64,000 nucleotides of DNA from a virus (IMGVR_UViG_3300028797_000145:22892-86891), one strand, 5' to 3'; positions 37,822 through 48,535 are shown, counted from the stretch's first letter. A program made the numbers and translations. Notes: a model not told the origin generated them from the letters alone.

Positions 37822-37845
37822 TTTGAGCACCTCCGATTAGCTTCA

Positions 37846-40041
37846 TTAATTAGGGTATACTTTGAATTGCGTTACTGTCATGTTGTAACAAGAGTAGTTG
37901 TTAAGAGTTGTTCCAATAGCGGCGTAAGAAAGATTCAAAGATACAACTTTTGTTGTTTCAAAAATAAGTTCGTCGTCTTTGTATATCTTCCACAAACCTT
38001 GATTGTCAATCCTTATTTTGAGCACGCTATTATCGAATAAGTTTGGATCTGTCAAATCACTATCTTGCCATAAATTGATAGGATCCCAAACTCCCCAGCA
38101 GTGTTCATTTCCATGCCATATGAAACCGCTATTTTGACCATTTCCTTCAATTCGGAAACTCAATACGCAGTTGTTCAAACCGCTATCCTGTACATCCATG
38201 CTTGCTATATGCATTTCATAGGTGTATCCGGTCTGGAATATCTCAACTGGCAATCTTCCATATCGATTATTGCCAAGTATTTTGAGACCTTCACTATCCC
38301 TTACTGCGCCATTATACAGCGTTACCGCAGCACCATTATTGATGGCAACTAATGATTTTGTGAAGTCCCAAATATACTCTCCATATGGAGACCAAGGTAA
38401 CCATGAACCATTCATCTTAGCATATACGGAACATACACATATGTTGGGAATATACTTCATGTAAATATCGCCATCGTTTCCTTGTATACTAGTCGGAAAC
38501 GTCGTTCCATAAATAATAGTGTTCCCTTCAACCGGCTGAACGGTCTCATCGTTCCTGATGTAATACGCCTTACGCGCATCGTTTTTCTCTTCAGTAGTTA
38601 AAGCATCATACTCTTCTTGTGTTACATCAATAATGATTCCAAGATCTGAAGAAGTTTTGTTTGTGTTCAATTGAACGCTATTAATTGAAGGCATTACTGC
38701 CGATAAGCGACCATTTTGAACTTCCATGTGATCTCCGACTGTGATTCCGCCCAATGTTTGGTCAGTCGCTTTTGGAAGATCGTATCTAATGGTATTAATA
38801 CGCCCATCAACTGTAATAGTAGCCAAATCTTCTCCGGTCTCGACTATCGGATGAACGATGACTGTGGAACCACCTCCACCACCGCCTCCTCCACTAGAGC
38901 TTGGAGATCCGCTTATAGAAGTGGCACTAGTACTTCCACTAGCTCCTGTAACTTCAGTAAGATCCTGCTTAGCAGGAGTACCGATAGTTACTTGCTTGGA
39001 CGCCGAAGTAATGTCAAAGCTCATCTTTGAAATGGCTAATGTTGTATCAATAACATGAGGTGTTGAGTAGACATGGATGTTTTGGCCAAGTTCAAACGCT
39101 TCCGTTTCGGGATTCAAATATTGTAACTCCGCAACGCTGCATTCTATAGTTAAAGCGTTAAATTGCTTCTTTTCAAGGTAATCTTGTGCTTCGGATAGGA
39201 GTTTAGTCGAGTCCGATATGTCGTTGAACTCAACAACTTCTAAGATCTTACCATATAAAGCAGCAGCTTCCTGGTTAACAATATAATCCCCAGTTCCTTG
39301 CGGATTAACGGCACTAATAGTAACCTTACCGCCATTGCCATCATCACCAAGCGGTATGATTCCGGTTATAAGATTTCCACCAGAAAATGCCTGGTTCAAA
39401 TCCAGTAAGTTTAAAGCAAATTGAACAGGCTGAGAACCATTCCAAGGAATTTCCTTGTACCACGAAATATAGTTCGTGTATTTCTCGGTTACCTCGCTGT
39501 ACTCTCTTTCAAGAATTATGTAGCCGCCAAGCGCTTTAAGAATCTGTTCCTGAAGTACATCAAAAGTCTTCTGGTAAGAAACAGTTCTTGTAACAATTTT
39601 ATCCCCAACTCGGCTATCGATATACCTGACAGTAAACTGTCTGCTCAAACCGACACAACTATTATGAGCAGTGATAATATCGTTAAAGAACTGGGCGGCT
39701 GTAACGTCTTGCCAAATTCCATTATTAGATAAAGGACTTGGCGCTCTTAAAATTGAATCGTTAAAATATGCTAAACCTCCCTCAGCAGAGATTTGTTTGT
39801 TGTTATTCCAATCTATTTTGATATCGGTTACTCGACCGAACCAAATGAGTTTATCATCCTCGTAAATATCGATCTCCGAGGTCATAAGCTGAGGCAAATC
39901 GTAATATAGATGGTTGTATGGCATCGTTATGTCACAACTTCCGGCGCCATTTAATTCAGTCGAGATTGATCCTTTAATAAGTTCCAATCCTTCGGACATG
40001 TTGTGAATACTGACGCCATCCAAATACACTTTGTAGATCAT
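37846..40041 (-). CDS. baseplate hub / Tal-like tail protein with C-terminal lectin-like extension
   Basis: Follows Dit; WFGRV, GGLAYFND, TGIIPLG siphophage hub motifs. Confidence 0.8.
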   Translation of the reverse strand: MIYKVYLDGVSIHNMSEGLELIKGSISTELNGAGSCDITMPYNHLYYDLPQLMTSEIDIYEDDKLIWFGRVTDIKIDWNNNKQISAEGGLAYFNDSILRAPSPLSNNGIWQDVTAAQFFNDIITAHNSCVGLSRQFTVRYIDSRVGDKIVTRTVSYQKTFDVLQEQILKALGGYIILEREYSEVTEKYTNYISWYKEIPWNGSQPVQFALNLLDLNQAFSGGNLITGIIPLGDDGNGGKVTISAVNPQGTGDYIVNQEAAALYGKILEVVEFNDISDSTKLLSEAQDYLEKKQFNALTIECSVAELQYLNPETEAFELGQNIHVYSTPHVIDTTLAISKMSFDITSASKQVTIGTPAKQDLTEVTGASGSTSATSISGSPSSSGGGGGGGGSTVIVHPIVETGEDLATITVDGRINTIRYDLPKATDQTLGGITVGDHMEVQNGRLSAVMPSINSVQLNTNKTSSDLGIIIDVTQEEYDALTTEEKNDARKAYYIRNDETVQPVEGNTIIYGTTFPTSIQGNDGDIYMKYIPNICVCSVYAKMNGSWLPWSPYGEYIWDFTKSLVAINNGAAVTLYNGAVRDSEGLKILGNNRYGRLPVEIFQTGYTYEMHIASMDVQDSGLNNCVLSFRIEGNGQNSGFIWHGNEHCWGVWDPINLWQDSDLTDPNLFDNSVLKIRIDNQGLWKIYKDDELIFETTKVVSLNLSYAAIGTTLNNYSCYNMTVTQFKVYPN

Positions 40042-40823
40042 AACGACATCATACTCCCATCATAAGAAAGAGTAACCGTACCGTTACCCTTAAACACCAT
40101 GTAATTCGGACCAGGTCCGAGTACAAATGCATTTTCAGTTTCGCCTGCTGGAAGAGTAATTGTAGGTTTACCCATCCTTTCCAAAGTCATAGGTGTAGAA
40201 CAATATGTCGTTACTGGAACCTGCGAATTGTCATCCAGATCTCCATTAACAACTATACGGACCTTAGACTTTGAAACTGTAAATGTTCCATACTTAATAA
40301 ATGGATCTACAGTTCCTGAAGCAAACAAATCATTCCACAGCCATTCAGTAGAAGATCCTGCTTCTCTCCTCTTATAAGGTTCAAGAGTGTAATCAAGAAC
40401 CACTTTTGAAAACTGAGGATCAGACTTCCATTCATTAACTGAAATTCTTCCCTGGTAATACCAACTTCGAGTGAATGTTCCATCACTCTTCTTAACACCT
40501 TCATCCTCCAGCCAAATACGATCGAAATATTGGCCATGGAGTTTCTTCATCAAATCTTTCCATCTAACAGCCCAAGCCTGATCACTCTTACCGTAATCAT
40601 TTAGAACATAGAACTCCCATGATCCAGTTCGATTCTGGTAAGTGAGACCATTTAATGCTTCGGTATAATCTAGCGACCCGTTTGTTCCAGGAATATCGAC
40701 ATAATTTGTCTTTACTCCTGGAGAAGCAACATCGGGTCGACCATCCGGTATGAGATGGAAAGAAGTATATGTATCGTATCTCTTTGAACCATCGCTCAAA
40801 TCGAAGTGTACTGAATGATACAT
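40038..40823 (-). CDS. distal tail protein (Dit)
   Basis: Follows tape measure; YVDIPGTNGSLDYTE, YYQGR, PYK. Confidence 0.8.
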   Translation of the reverse strand: MYHSVHFDLSDGSKRYDTYTSFHLIPDGRPDVASPGVKTNYVDIPGTNGSLDYTEALNGLTYQNRTGSWEFYVLNDYGKSDQAWAVRWKDLMKKLHGQYFDRIWLEDEGVKKSDGTFTRSWYYQGRISVNEWKSDPQFSKVVLDYTLEPYKRREAGSSTEWLWNDLFASGTVDPFIKYGTFTVSKSKVRIVVNGDLDDNSQVPVTTYCSTPMTLERMGKPTITLPAGETENAFVLGPGPNYMVFKGNGTVTLSYDGSMMSL

Positions 40824-40825
40824 CT

Positions 40826-43800
40826 TTACCTCCTTCCACCTCTCTGGGCTCTAATCATTTTGATCCCTAATGCACGATCCATAGGATCTGCAAGACCTCC
40901 AACAACTTCACCACTGTCAAGTACGATTTGTTTGTTAAGAATCGCATCTCCTAACCTATCAAGCTTGTTTCCAAGTGCATTAATACCATTGTTAGTGGTA
41001 TCATTGTTTTTATTTTGAAGTTCCATAGACAAACGTCTACCAGCATCCTGCATATAAGCAGCTTCGCCAGCAAGTGCCAAGGAACGCTGAGATGAAAACA
41101 TGCTATTAAGCGACGAGAATCCCTGACTAACATTAGACAAGTCTAATACGGGAGTAATTGTAGGATTGAGATCATCATTAAGTAAACTGTCGGATTCAAA
41201 CAGTGTCTTCAAGGCTCTTCCAAGTGAAGGCATTTGGAAGTTTTGCATCATATCGGTTGCGTCAGACATAGTACCAAGAATATTACCCATTTTCTCAATG
41301 GATGCATTTTCGGCATAGCTATTCTCGTTAAGTCCTTTTGCAAAACCTTTATCAATCCATTCTGCTAATTTCATAGCTTCTTTGGAAGGAGATGCAATAC
41401 CGCCTTTATCTTTAGCACCTTGGAGCCAACTGCCCATTGCTCCGCTACCTGAATTGTAAAAAGCTGAAGTGTCGATGTTATTCAAGAAGCCGTCTTGAGT
41501 ATATCCAGCAAGACTTGCCATGGTTTGTGATTCGCCATTCGTAATGTTCAAAGGATCTTCAAATCCGGCAATGCCCTTCTCGGAAATGTTGGTCATTGCA
41601 TCTGGAATAGAGGAGTCATTCTCCATATCTTCTGCAGAACCACTAAGCAAACCAGTTAAGGAATTGCTCATCTTATCCTGGCTGTCTTTTGACTGGATCT
41701 TCTCAGCAGCACTATCAATAAGACCATCTGCTGTAGCCTCTCCAGCTTCCTTCATATCTTCATTATCTTTATTACTCTTAAATATGTCTTTGAAATAATC
41801 TGTAAGCTTCTTTCCAGAATTCTTCTTTGCTTTGAAACCACCTCCAAAGAAAATGTCAATCAAATCCAATGGAGCCTGTCTCATAAGCTTTGTCAATTCA
41901 GATATAACAGTCATACAGAAATTGTAAAGTGATTGCGCAAGAATCGGAACCTTCTCTGTAAGACCGTCAATCAACGTTGTAAGAATTCCAAATACAATTT
42001 CAATCAAACTCTTTGCCATCTTAGGAGCATTCTTAGCCATATGCTCAAGAAGCATGATCCATAATGTCCAAAGAGTAGATACTATCTTTTCAGCAGCGCC
42101 GAGTAATGCGTCACAAGCTGCTATTATAATTTGAGTAACGGCTTCTCCCATTGCTGGCGCTTGTGATCCTAATGTAACAATAAATGTAGCAATGGCCAGG
42201 GCAGCATCTATGGACATATAGAATATCTCTGCTCTAAATTTTTGAATTGTTTCGAGTAATGTCGTAAACGCTAAGACCACAGCATAAATACCAATGCCCA
42301 AAGCTCCAATTCCAACACCAGCAAACATTACAGCGGCACCTATAAGCATTATCGCTGCTCCTAATGCTAACAACACTGCAGCAGCCTCAACTAATCCGCT
42401 ACATATTTTTAGAAAACCAGCTAAAACAGCAAGTATTGCTGCTAGCGCGACAACGGCTTTTACTAATCCTTTTGTAGACATCATGGATAAAGTCATTAAC
42501 GGAACCATAAGCGCATTTAATGCGACCGCAAGAAGAATTAAAGATGCTGACATTATCGCAAAATTTGTCATATCGCCCATTTGATCAGCGAAAAATATCA
42601 TCGCTATCATTAATGCTAATATACCGCTTAATGCCAAAAACGCAGGACCAAGTTGATTTGTAATTGCCTGAATAGAAGCTAAAGATTGTAATGGAATTAC
42701 CAATAAATTTAACGCGACAGAAAATAAAATCAACGATGCAGCCATACCTGCAAAACTTTTCATATCGCCCATTTCAGTAGCAAAGAACATTAGGGCTACC
42801 ATCAAAGCAATAATCCCGCTTAAGGCTAAGAACGCTTCTCCTATCTTTCCAGTCATAGCCTGCATTGCGGCAATAGCTAATAAAGGAACGGTCATTAAGT
42901 TAAGAGCCACGGCAAAAATGATCAACGATGCTGCAGCTTTCATAAACCCACTATTATTTTCTTCCATTATTGCTGAAAAAGCTATTATTTCTCCAAGCAA
43001 AACAGTAATTCCAGTTATAGCTTGTATTAATTGACCACCAGCTGATATAAGAGCTAACTCAATAATTGGAATCATCATTAAGTTTAATGCTACAGCAAAT
43101 AACAAAAGCGATGCGGCTCCTTTTAAAAATTGAGATTCATTTTCTGAAAGGAAATATGCAAAATATGCAATTTCGGCCAAGACTATGGTTAGTCCCATCA
43201 AAGCAGATATTAATTGACCTGAAGCTGCTATTTTTGCCATTGAACTCAAAGCTGATGTAATTATTTTAATTGTAAATGCAATAGCTAATAAAGTGGCTCC
43301 GACTTTTGGCATATCAGTTATGTACTTTGAAAGCAAATATAGTGCGGCACCTAGCTCTACAAACATGGATGTTAAAACTCCAAATGCAGTTTCAAGTCTG
43401 TCGGGCTCTATTCTTGAAAGTTTCTTTAACGAAGAAGCTAATATTCCTACCGAAACACTCAAAAGGAGAAGAGTTGTTCCAACTTCCAAATATCCTCTTC
43501 CTCCGCCAAAGAAATATGTCTTTTCTAAAACTTTGATAACCGCTACTAATTCCCACAACAATGCAGATACAGCTGCTAAACCAGTAGTAAGACCTTCTGT
43601 ATTAATAGAAGATAAAACTAAAATCGAACCAGCTAAAATAGCCATTGTTATTGCAATTGTTTTAAGCTGATTTACTTTCATGCTCTGTGTAAATTGAGTA
43701 ATAGCTGTCGATGTACTAGCAAGTACCGTATTAAGTGATTCTCCGAGTCTGCTTACATATTTGGTTTTTCCATCACTAAGACCGAAGAAGTTAAGAAGCA

Positions 43801-45922
43801 TCTGTAATTTGTTCTTATACTGAACAAGCTTATCAATAATTAACTTAATACCAACGACCCCACCAGCAGTAGCACCAGCTCCAACAATATCTTTGAATGT
43901 CAACGACTTAAGCATGTCCATGATGCCTTTTACAGCTGGTTTAATAGCCTTAAAAGCATCTTTAACAATCTGCTTAAAGTTATTGAATACATCTCTAACG
44001 TCTGTTAAGAAGTCTTTCAAATCAGGTGATAAGTTACTGAACAAATCAGCATCTTTATTACCCTTCATGAATGCTATGATCTCGTTAAACTTCTCAACAA
44101 ATGCGTCCAAGCCGCCTTTAATTAACTCAAATATACTAATTCCGCCACCAAATACCTGATAGAATGTTCCGAGAACATCTATAAGAATAAGAAGAGCTTT
44201 AGTAACTATGTTGATTGCTATAGAAAGTAGACCGAACCAATCGATACCTTTCTTGGCTTCATCTCCATTAGCGGATGAAAACATGCTCTTAATCTTCTCT
44301 TTGATGGTTTCAATAAGCTCAGGAATGTCTTTACCAAAATTAGCCTTGAATCGTTCGTTGATTGCGTTAAGACTTTGCTCAACTTGTAATTTTATTCCAA
44401 CGAAACCTTCTTTAATCTCAGCAAGTTTCTTAGACCATTTGGTATAGACATTAAAGTTGCTGTAATACTCAGAAATCTTGTCTCCGAGATCTCCAGCCCA
44501 TCTAAAAATTATTTTGAACTTGCTAAGGATATCGGTTAACCCGGGTTTAAGGATCTGGAACAAAGTAGAAGCAGCCTTAACCACAATACCAAGCGCAGAC
44601 GCTAATCCTTTAGCAGCTTTTTCAACATTAACCAAGATCATTCCGTCTCGGTCAAATACTTCGGTATTGGTCTTAACCTTATCCAAAAATCTTTGAATAT
44701 CATTTATTACATCAGAAGGGAAAGCGGATTTAATACCAGCAAATACGGCTTTAATAACCTTACCAATATTACCAACAACCCCTCCTATAGATCGTAAAAT
44801 ATCGAGATGGAGACCTCTGCTAAGAAATTCATTAACGAACTCAAGGCCCTTCCTTAAGTTCTTCAAAGTATCCCCGATAAATTTATCCATTCCACGGTTA
44901 TCAGAAATGGAATTGAAAAACTCAACGGCATTCTTTGAAAGTGTTCCCATAATATTGGAAACATTCTCAAATATAGCATTATCTGCCAAAGACTTCTTAA
45001 ACTGATCGACCGCGCCCGTTATAGCATTAAATGTGTCTCTGGCGTACTCAAGACCAGGTGTATAGAATTCAGCACCTATTCTTGAAAGCGCTGCCTTCAT
45101 GTTTAATAATGCACCTGTGAAGGTCTTGTTTGCATCTTTCGCATGCTCCCCAAATGCATCATCCATAGCCTTGGCAAACATTTTGAAATCAATCTTACCT
45201 TTGGAAACCATCTCACGAATTTCGGCTTCCGACTTACCTAGGCTTTTTGCTAACGTCGCAGCTGCATTAAGACCTCTAGCAGAGAACTGTTGTAACTGCT
45301 GAGCATAAAGTCGACCATTACCAGCTACGGTTGTAAAGATATTGGAAATATCCTCATACGAACTGTTAGTCATCGCTGCCACACCAGATATGCCTCTAAG
45401 GGACATCTTCATTTCATCCCCAAGTTTTACCTGTGAAGCAACCAATTGGGATGCTGCCTTAGCCGCTGCATCCAAACCATAAGCCGTATCTTTTACACCA
45501 TAGTTAATGTCTTCTTTAATATCTTCCCAAGCAACACCAAGACCTTCCAACTGGAATTTTGCAGCCTCTATGTTAAGTGCTCTGTTCTTACCTCCAGTCA
45601 TGATCTGACCAATAGTAATATTAGCCAAACTCTTAGCAGCGTTGATAGCTTCGTTAGTCAAATTCTGTAATACAGTAGCTCCAACTATTCCCATTGAAGA
45701 CATTCTATATGACACCATGTCAATAGCTTGTCCAATGCCATCAAGATTAATCTTGTTCGCCATTTGGGTGATCTTCTCGAATCCTTTTAGGCTTATGTTG
45801 TTCAAGCCATTTAAGGATTTGTCGAGATTATTAATCGAATTCAGAGTAGTCTTGATACCCTGTTCAAATTTTTTGTTGTCGAATTGCATCTGGACAACTC
45901 TGTTATCGACTTGTTTACTCAT
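40826..45922 (-). CDS. tape measure protein
   Basis: 1698 aa, helical, Ala/Leu/Gly-rich; GLDAAAKAA..SGVAAM tape-measure domain. Confidence 0.95.
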   Translation of the reverse strand: MSKQVDNRVVQMQFDNKKFEQGIKTTLNSINNLDKSLNGLNNISLKGFEKITQMANKINLDGIGQAIDMVSYRMSSMGIVGATVLQNLTNEAINAAKSLANITIGQIMTGGKNRALNIEAAKFQLEGLGVAWEDIKEDINYGVKDTAYGLDAAAKAASQLVASQVKLGDEMKMSLRGISGVAAMTNSSYEDISNIFTTVAGNGRLYAQQLQQFSARGLNAAATLAKSLGKSEAEIREMVSKGKIDFKMFAKAMDDAFGEHAKDANKTFTGALLNMKAALSRIGAEFYTPGLEYARDTFNAITGAVDQFKKSLADNAIFENVSNIMGTLSKNAVEFFNSISDNRGMDKFIGDTLKNLRKGLEFVNEFLSRGLHLDILRSIGGVVGNIGKVIKAVFAGIKSAFPSDVINDIQRFLDKVKTNTEVFDRDGMILVNVEKAAKGLASALGIVVKAASTLFQILKPGLTDILSKFKIIFRWAGDLGDKISEYYSNFNVYTKWSKKLAEIKEGFVGIKLQVEQSLNAINERFKANFGKDIPELIETIKEKIKSMFSSANGDEAKKGIDWFGLLSIAINIVTKALLILIDVLGTFYQVFGGGISIFELIKGGLDAFVEKFNEIIAFMKGNKDADLFSNLSPDLKDFLTDVRDVFNNFKQIVKDAFKAIKPAVKGIMDMLKSLTFKDIVGAGATAGGVVGIKLIIDKLVQYKNKLQMLLNFFGLSDGKTKYVSRLGESLNTVLASTSTAITQFTQSMKVNQLKTIAITMAILAGSILVLSSINTEGLTTGLAAVSALLWELVAVIKVLEKTYFFGGGRGYLEVGTTLLLLSVSVGILASSLKKLSRIEPDRLETAFGVLTSMFVELGAALYLLSKYITDMPKVGATLLAIAFTIKIITSALSSMAKIAASGQLISALMGLTIVLAEIAYFAYFLSENESQFLKGAASLLLFAVALNLMMIPIIELALISAGGQLIQAITGITVLLGEIIAFSAIMEENNSGFMKAAASLIIFAVALNLMTVPLLAIAAMQAMTGKIGEAFLALSGIIALMVALMFFATEMGDMKSFAGMAASLILFSVALNLLVIPLQSLASIQAITNQLGPAFLALSGILALMIAMIFFADQMGDMTNFAIMSASLILLAVALNALMVPLMTLSMMSTKGLVKAVVALAAILAVLAGFLKICSGLVEAAAVLLALGAAIMLIGAAVMFAGVGIGALGIGIYAVVLAFTTLLETIQKFRAEIFYMSIDAALAIATFIVTLGSQAPAMGEAVTQIIIAACDALLGAAEKIVSTLWTLWIMLLEHMAKNAPKMAKSLIEIVFGILTTLIDGLTEKVPILAQSLYNFCMTVISELTKLMRQAPLDLIDIFFGGGFKAKKNSGKKLTDYFKDIFKSNKDNEDMKEAGEATADGLIDSAAEKIQSKDSQDKMSNSLTGLLSGSAEDMENDSSIPDAMTNISEKGIAGFEDPLNITNGESQTMASLAGYTQDGFLNNIDTSAFYNSGSGAMGSWLQGAKDKGGIASPSKEAMKLAEWIDKGFAKGLNENSYAENASIEKMGNILGTMSDATDMMQNFQMPSLGRALKTLFESDSLLNDDLNPTITPVLDLSNVSQGFSSLNSMFSSQRSLALAGEAAYMQDAGRRLSMELQNKNNDTTNNGINALGNKLDRLGDAILNKQIVLDSGEVVGGLADPMDRALGIKMIRAQRGGRR

Positions 45923-46296
45923 CTCTTTGTCACCTCATCCCATGCTTGATCAGCTATCATGTCAAACAACGGTTGAATAGCAGGGTTAATGTAGTCTCGT
46001 CCTTTTATGTATCTTCCTCTGGACGTTGTATGGCCATACTGCAAAATTATTGCTATAGGCTGACCATTTTGTATGTTAGTGTTATACCACGTTATGGTTT
46101 GACCCTTATTGTCTTTCTCAATAACATACTTCCAAGAAGCCGCAGTTAAGCCAGTTCTCTTAGGAGTAGCTTCTGCTAACAACTCAACTCCTAATTTTCC
46201 GTACTTATCTAACTCACTAGCACCGAAAACACCTAAAACATCCTGAAGATAGCTTCTTGTAGCCGAAAAGTCACCTTTTTGTTTAAAGGTAATCAT
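45919..46296 (-). CDS. HK97 gp10-like tail completion protein
   Basis: TPKRTGLTAASW...ILQYGH...GRDYINPA. Confidence 0.7.
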   Translation of the reverse strand: MITFKQKGDFSATRSYLQDVLGVFGASELDKYGKLGVELLAEATPKRTGLTAASWKYVIEKDNKGQTITWYNTNIQNGQPIAIILQYGHTTSRGRYIKGRDYINPAIQPLFDMIADQAWDEVTKR

Positions 46297-47003
46297 TTAA
46301 CAACCTCACAGAAGTCCAGGCTGATCCAACCAAGACCTGATTTCAATTTACCCCAACCGGATTTTGATCCATCTCCATCTTTCTTTTCGATGATGGTAAA
46401 CACTCCAGCACCGGTAAACTTTCCAGTCTTGTCATAGTTCTTTCCAGGACCTTTTCTGATGTTGAGGTTATTGATCGAAACTTTTACCTTAAACGAATCG
46501 TCTTTCTTCTCTTCGACTTTCGACTCTTCCTTTCCATTTTGAATGGATTCAGCTTCTTCAGTCTTCTTAGTTGATACTGCTTTCTTGTAAAGCTTTTGCT
46601 CTTCAGCTCTTCTCTTAACCAAACCAGATAAGACTTTGCCTCCGGCTTTATTGTAAAGAGTGATGGCGTCACCAATCTCCTCGACAGTTCTGCCATTGCA
46701 AAGAGTCTTAAGATTCTTGCTTCCGCAATTGTAAGTAAAGCTTACCAATGCATCAAACTGGTTCTGGTTGAACTCCTTGCCGATCTTAGTTACAGCATTC
46801 TCGGAAGATTGAACGTCTTTCTTGAGATACTCTTCGGCTTTCTGTTTAGTAATTGTCATACCTTCGGATACGTCGGCGCCGTAATGTCCATAGCCGATAG
46901 TCCAATATTTCTCAGTCTTAACCGGCTTGTAGGCCGTAAGCCTAAGTCCCTCATACTTCTTAATAAGGTTTAAGCCCTTTGTAGATGTTTTCATATAAAT
47001 CAC
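46293..47003 (-). CDS. endolysin: GH24 lysozyme plus SH3-like cell-wall-binding domain
   Basis: IKKYEGLRLTAY...WTIGYGH; NQNQFDALVSFTYNCG; GLVKRRAEE; LNIRKGPG...WGKLKSG.GWISL. Confidence 0.9.
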   Translation of the reverse strand: MIYMKTSTKGLNLIKKYEGLRLTAYKPVKTEKYWTIGYGHYGADVSEGMTITKQKAEEYLKKDVQSSENAVTKIGKEFNQNQFDALVSFTYNCGSKNLKTLCNGRTVEEIGDAITLYNKAGGKVLSGLVKRRAEEQKLYKKAVSTKKTEEAESIQNGKEESKVEEKKDDSFKVKVSINNLNIRKGPGKNYDKTGKFTGAGVFTIIEKKDGDGSKSGWGKLKSGLGWISLDFCEVVK

Positions 47004-47012
47004 ATCCTTTCA

Positions 47013-47573
47013 CTATCCTTTTGTATGATGCTTGGCACGCCTTGCTTTATTAAGAGCCGCATAACTAGCCGCCGTCTCTCTCTTGCTCATCTTCTTGGGC
47101 GGCGAATTCTTGATACTGCAAACCTTAATCAAAGCGAGTAAACGATTTAAATGCCACTTCTGAAACTCAACAGGAATGTTATTAGCAAACATCATGTAAT
47201 AAATCACTTCTGATGTAATAACTTCATTTCTGTAAGTTGTCTGGGCCTGCTTATTGTCACTAAACGTAGTGGCGGTCATAGCATCATTTGTATACTCATC
47301 TATTCGCTTTACCGTTTCAGTGTCAAGCATATAATAAACGTCATCTCTAACGTTTTGTGTCAACGTCATAAATTTTATGTAGTCGAGCTTCTCTTCCTCG
47401 GTCTTCGGTTCATTGGAAAGAAACGGTTTCTTCCATTTTGCTTCCCATTTTGAAATCGAGACCAAGGAATGCTCAAGAGATAGCTCAACGGGTTTTTCTA
47501 AGGTAATGAACTTTCCACTTCTCTCATCCCACAGGTCACGTGGTTGAATTGTTATTCTTAAGGGCATGCTCAC
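47013..47573 (-). CDS. tail assembly protein (second chaperone-type gene)
   Basis: LSLEHSLVSISKWE; WHLNRLLALI; position. Confidence 0.6.
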   Translation of the reverse strand: MSMPLRITIQPRDLWDERSGKFITLEKPVELSLEHSLVSISKWEAKWKKPFLSNEPKTEEEKLDYIKFMTLTQNVRDDVYYMLDTETVKRIDEYTNDAMTATTFSDNKQAQTTYRNEVITSEVIYYMMFANNIPVEFQKWHLNRLLALIKVCSIKNSPPKKMSKRETAASYAALNKARRAKHHTKG

Positions 47574-48006
47574 GTTCCTTCTTAATCTGTTCCATTACCT
47601 GCTTAGGGTCTGTAATTCCATCCGGGTACTTAGACTGGATCTCTTTAGACAGCTCCTTAGGCAAGATTCCCTGGATAAAGTTGATAAGCGTATCGGCATC
47701 GTAAAAACTCATAAACAACTCAGAGTATGCTTCGGAAGCCATAAAAACTTCAGTAGCTTCTTTACTCTTAATAAAAGAGCCATTATCAGTTCTAACACCA
47801 TAAGACAGCGCAATAAGCTTCTTAAACAACGGAAGAAGCTTTGTGTTATTCTGCTCTTCAGTAATACGCCCAATCAAGTTGGTAAGGCCTCCTTCTTCGG
47901 AATGCTCATACTCGATAAGCTCGGCCTTCGTGATATGGAAGTAAAAAGTTCGTGTGATCTGCTCTTCGGTGAACGGATCTTCATAGGTAATCTGTTTTGC
48001 AATCAT
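47536..48006 (-). CDS. tail assembly chaperone
   Basis: Follows major tail gene; TFYFHITKAEL. Confidence 0.7.
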   Translation of the reverse strand: MIAKQITYEDPFTEEQITRTFYFHITKAELIEYEHSEEGGLTNLIGRITEEQNNTKLLPLFKKLIALSYGVRTDNGSFIKSKEATEVFMASEAYSELFMSFYDADTLINFIQGILPKELSKEIQSKYPDGITDPKQVMEQIKKEREHALKNNNSTT

Positions 48007-48052
48007 AATCTTAGTCCTTTCTTTTAAAAAATATCCTCCTTAGAACGAAAAT

Positions 48053-48096
48053 GCGGCAGAGCCCGAAAGGAGGATGCCGAAACACGACCCTGCCGC
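48053..48096 (-). terminator. branched terminator-like structure after major tail extension
   Basis: GCGGCAG/CTGCCGC stem with two inner mini-hairpins, then ATTTT on minus strand. Confidence 0.5.
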
Positions 48097-48136
48097 AGAA
48101 AATTATCAGGTTCCTTTAACTACCATGATGCACCTC

Positions 48137-48535
48137 TCATCCCTGGCCCTGAGGAGCCAACGTAAGATCTGTAAGTCTGTATACCTTCCTTACAGTAGCG
48201 TAATCTTGTTTCTCAGCCACGACTGTAATAGTCTGCTGATCCTTATCTCTAATCAGAAGAACAACGATTCCGTCATCATCCAGAACAACCGGATTGGTTA
48301 CGGTTACTGTGATCTTTGCATCGGCTACGGCACCAGTATCAAAGTGCAGAACAATATAATGACCAACCTGCTCAGCTGGATTGCTAGAGAATCCAGTATA
48401 GTCATCAATATAGTTCAACGTACCGCTAATAACGTTGTTCGATCCGATCTGAATATTTGACTGGAGATCTGTTACATCCTTTCCGAACAGATCTACGCTA
48501 GTCGAAATATTGCTATCCGCCGATAAGCTCAGTGA
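48137..48535 (-). CDS. -1 frameshift extension (Ig-like?) of major tail protein
   Basis: -1 frame open across the MTP stop; no own RBS/ATG; paralog of 49886..50287. Confidence 0.75.
   Translation of the reverse strand, partial: SLSLSADSNISTSVDLFGKDVTDLQSNIQIGSNNVISGTLNYIDDYTGFSSNPAEQVGHYIVLHFDTGAVADAKITVTVTNPVVLDDDGIVVLLIRDKDQQTITVVAEKQDYATVRKVYRLTDLTLAPQGQG

Noticed and set aside
17768-40041. Invertible tail-fibre shufflon or complete DGR
   Set aside because: All tail genes are co-oriented. No inverted cassettes, invertase or reverse transcriptase were seen in the window.
47013-48006. Classic G/GT-type frameshift between the two tail chaperone genes
   Set aside because: No X_XXY_YYZ heptamer near the end of the first gene. 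The second ORF has its own AAGGA RBS and ATG.
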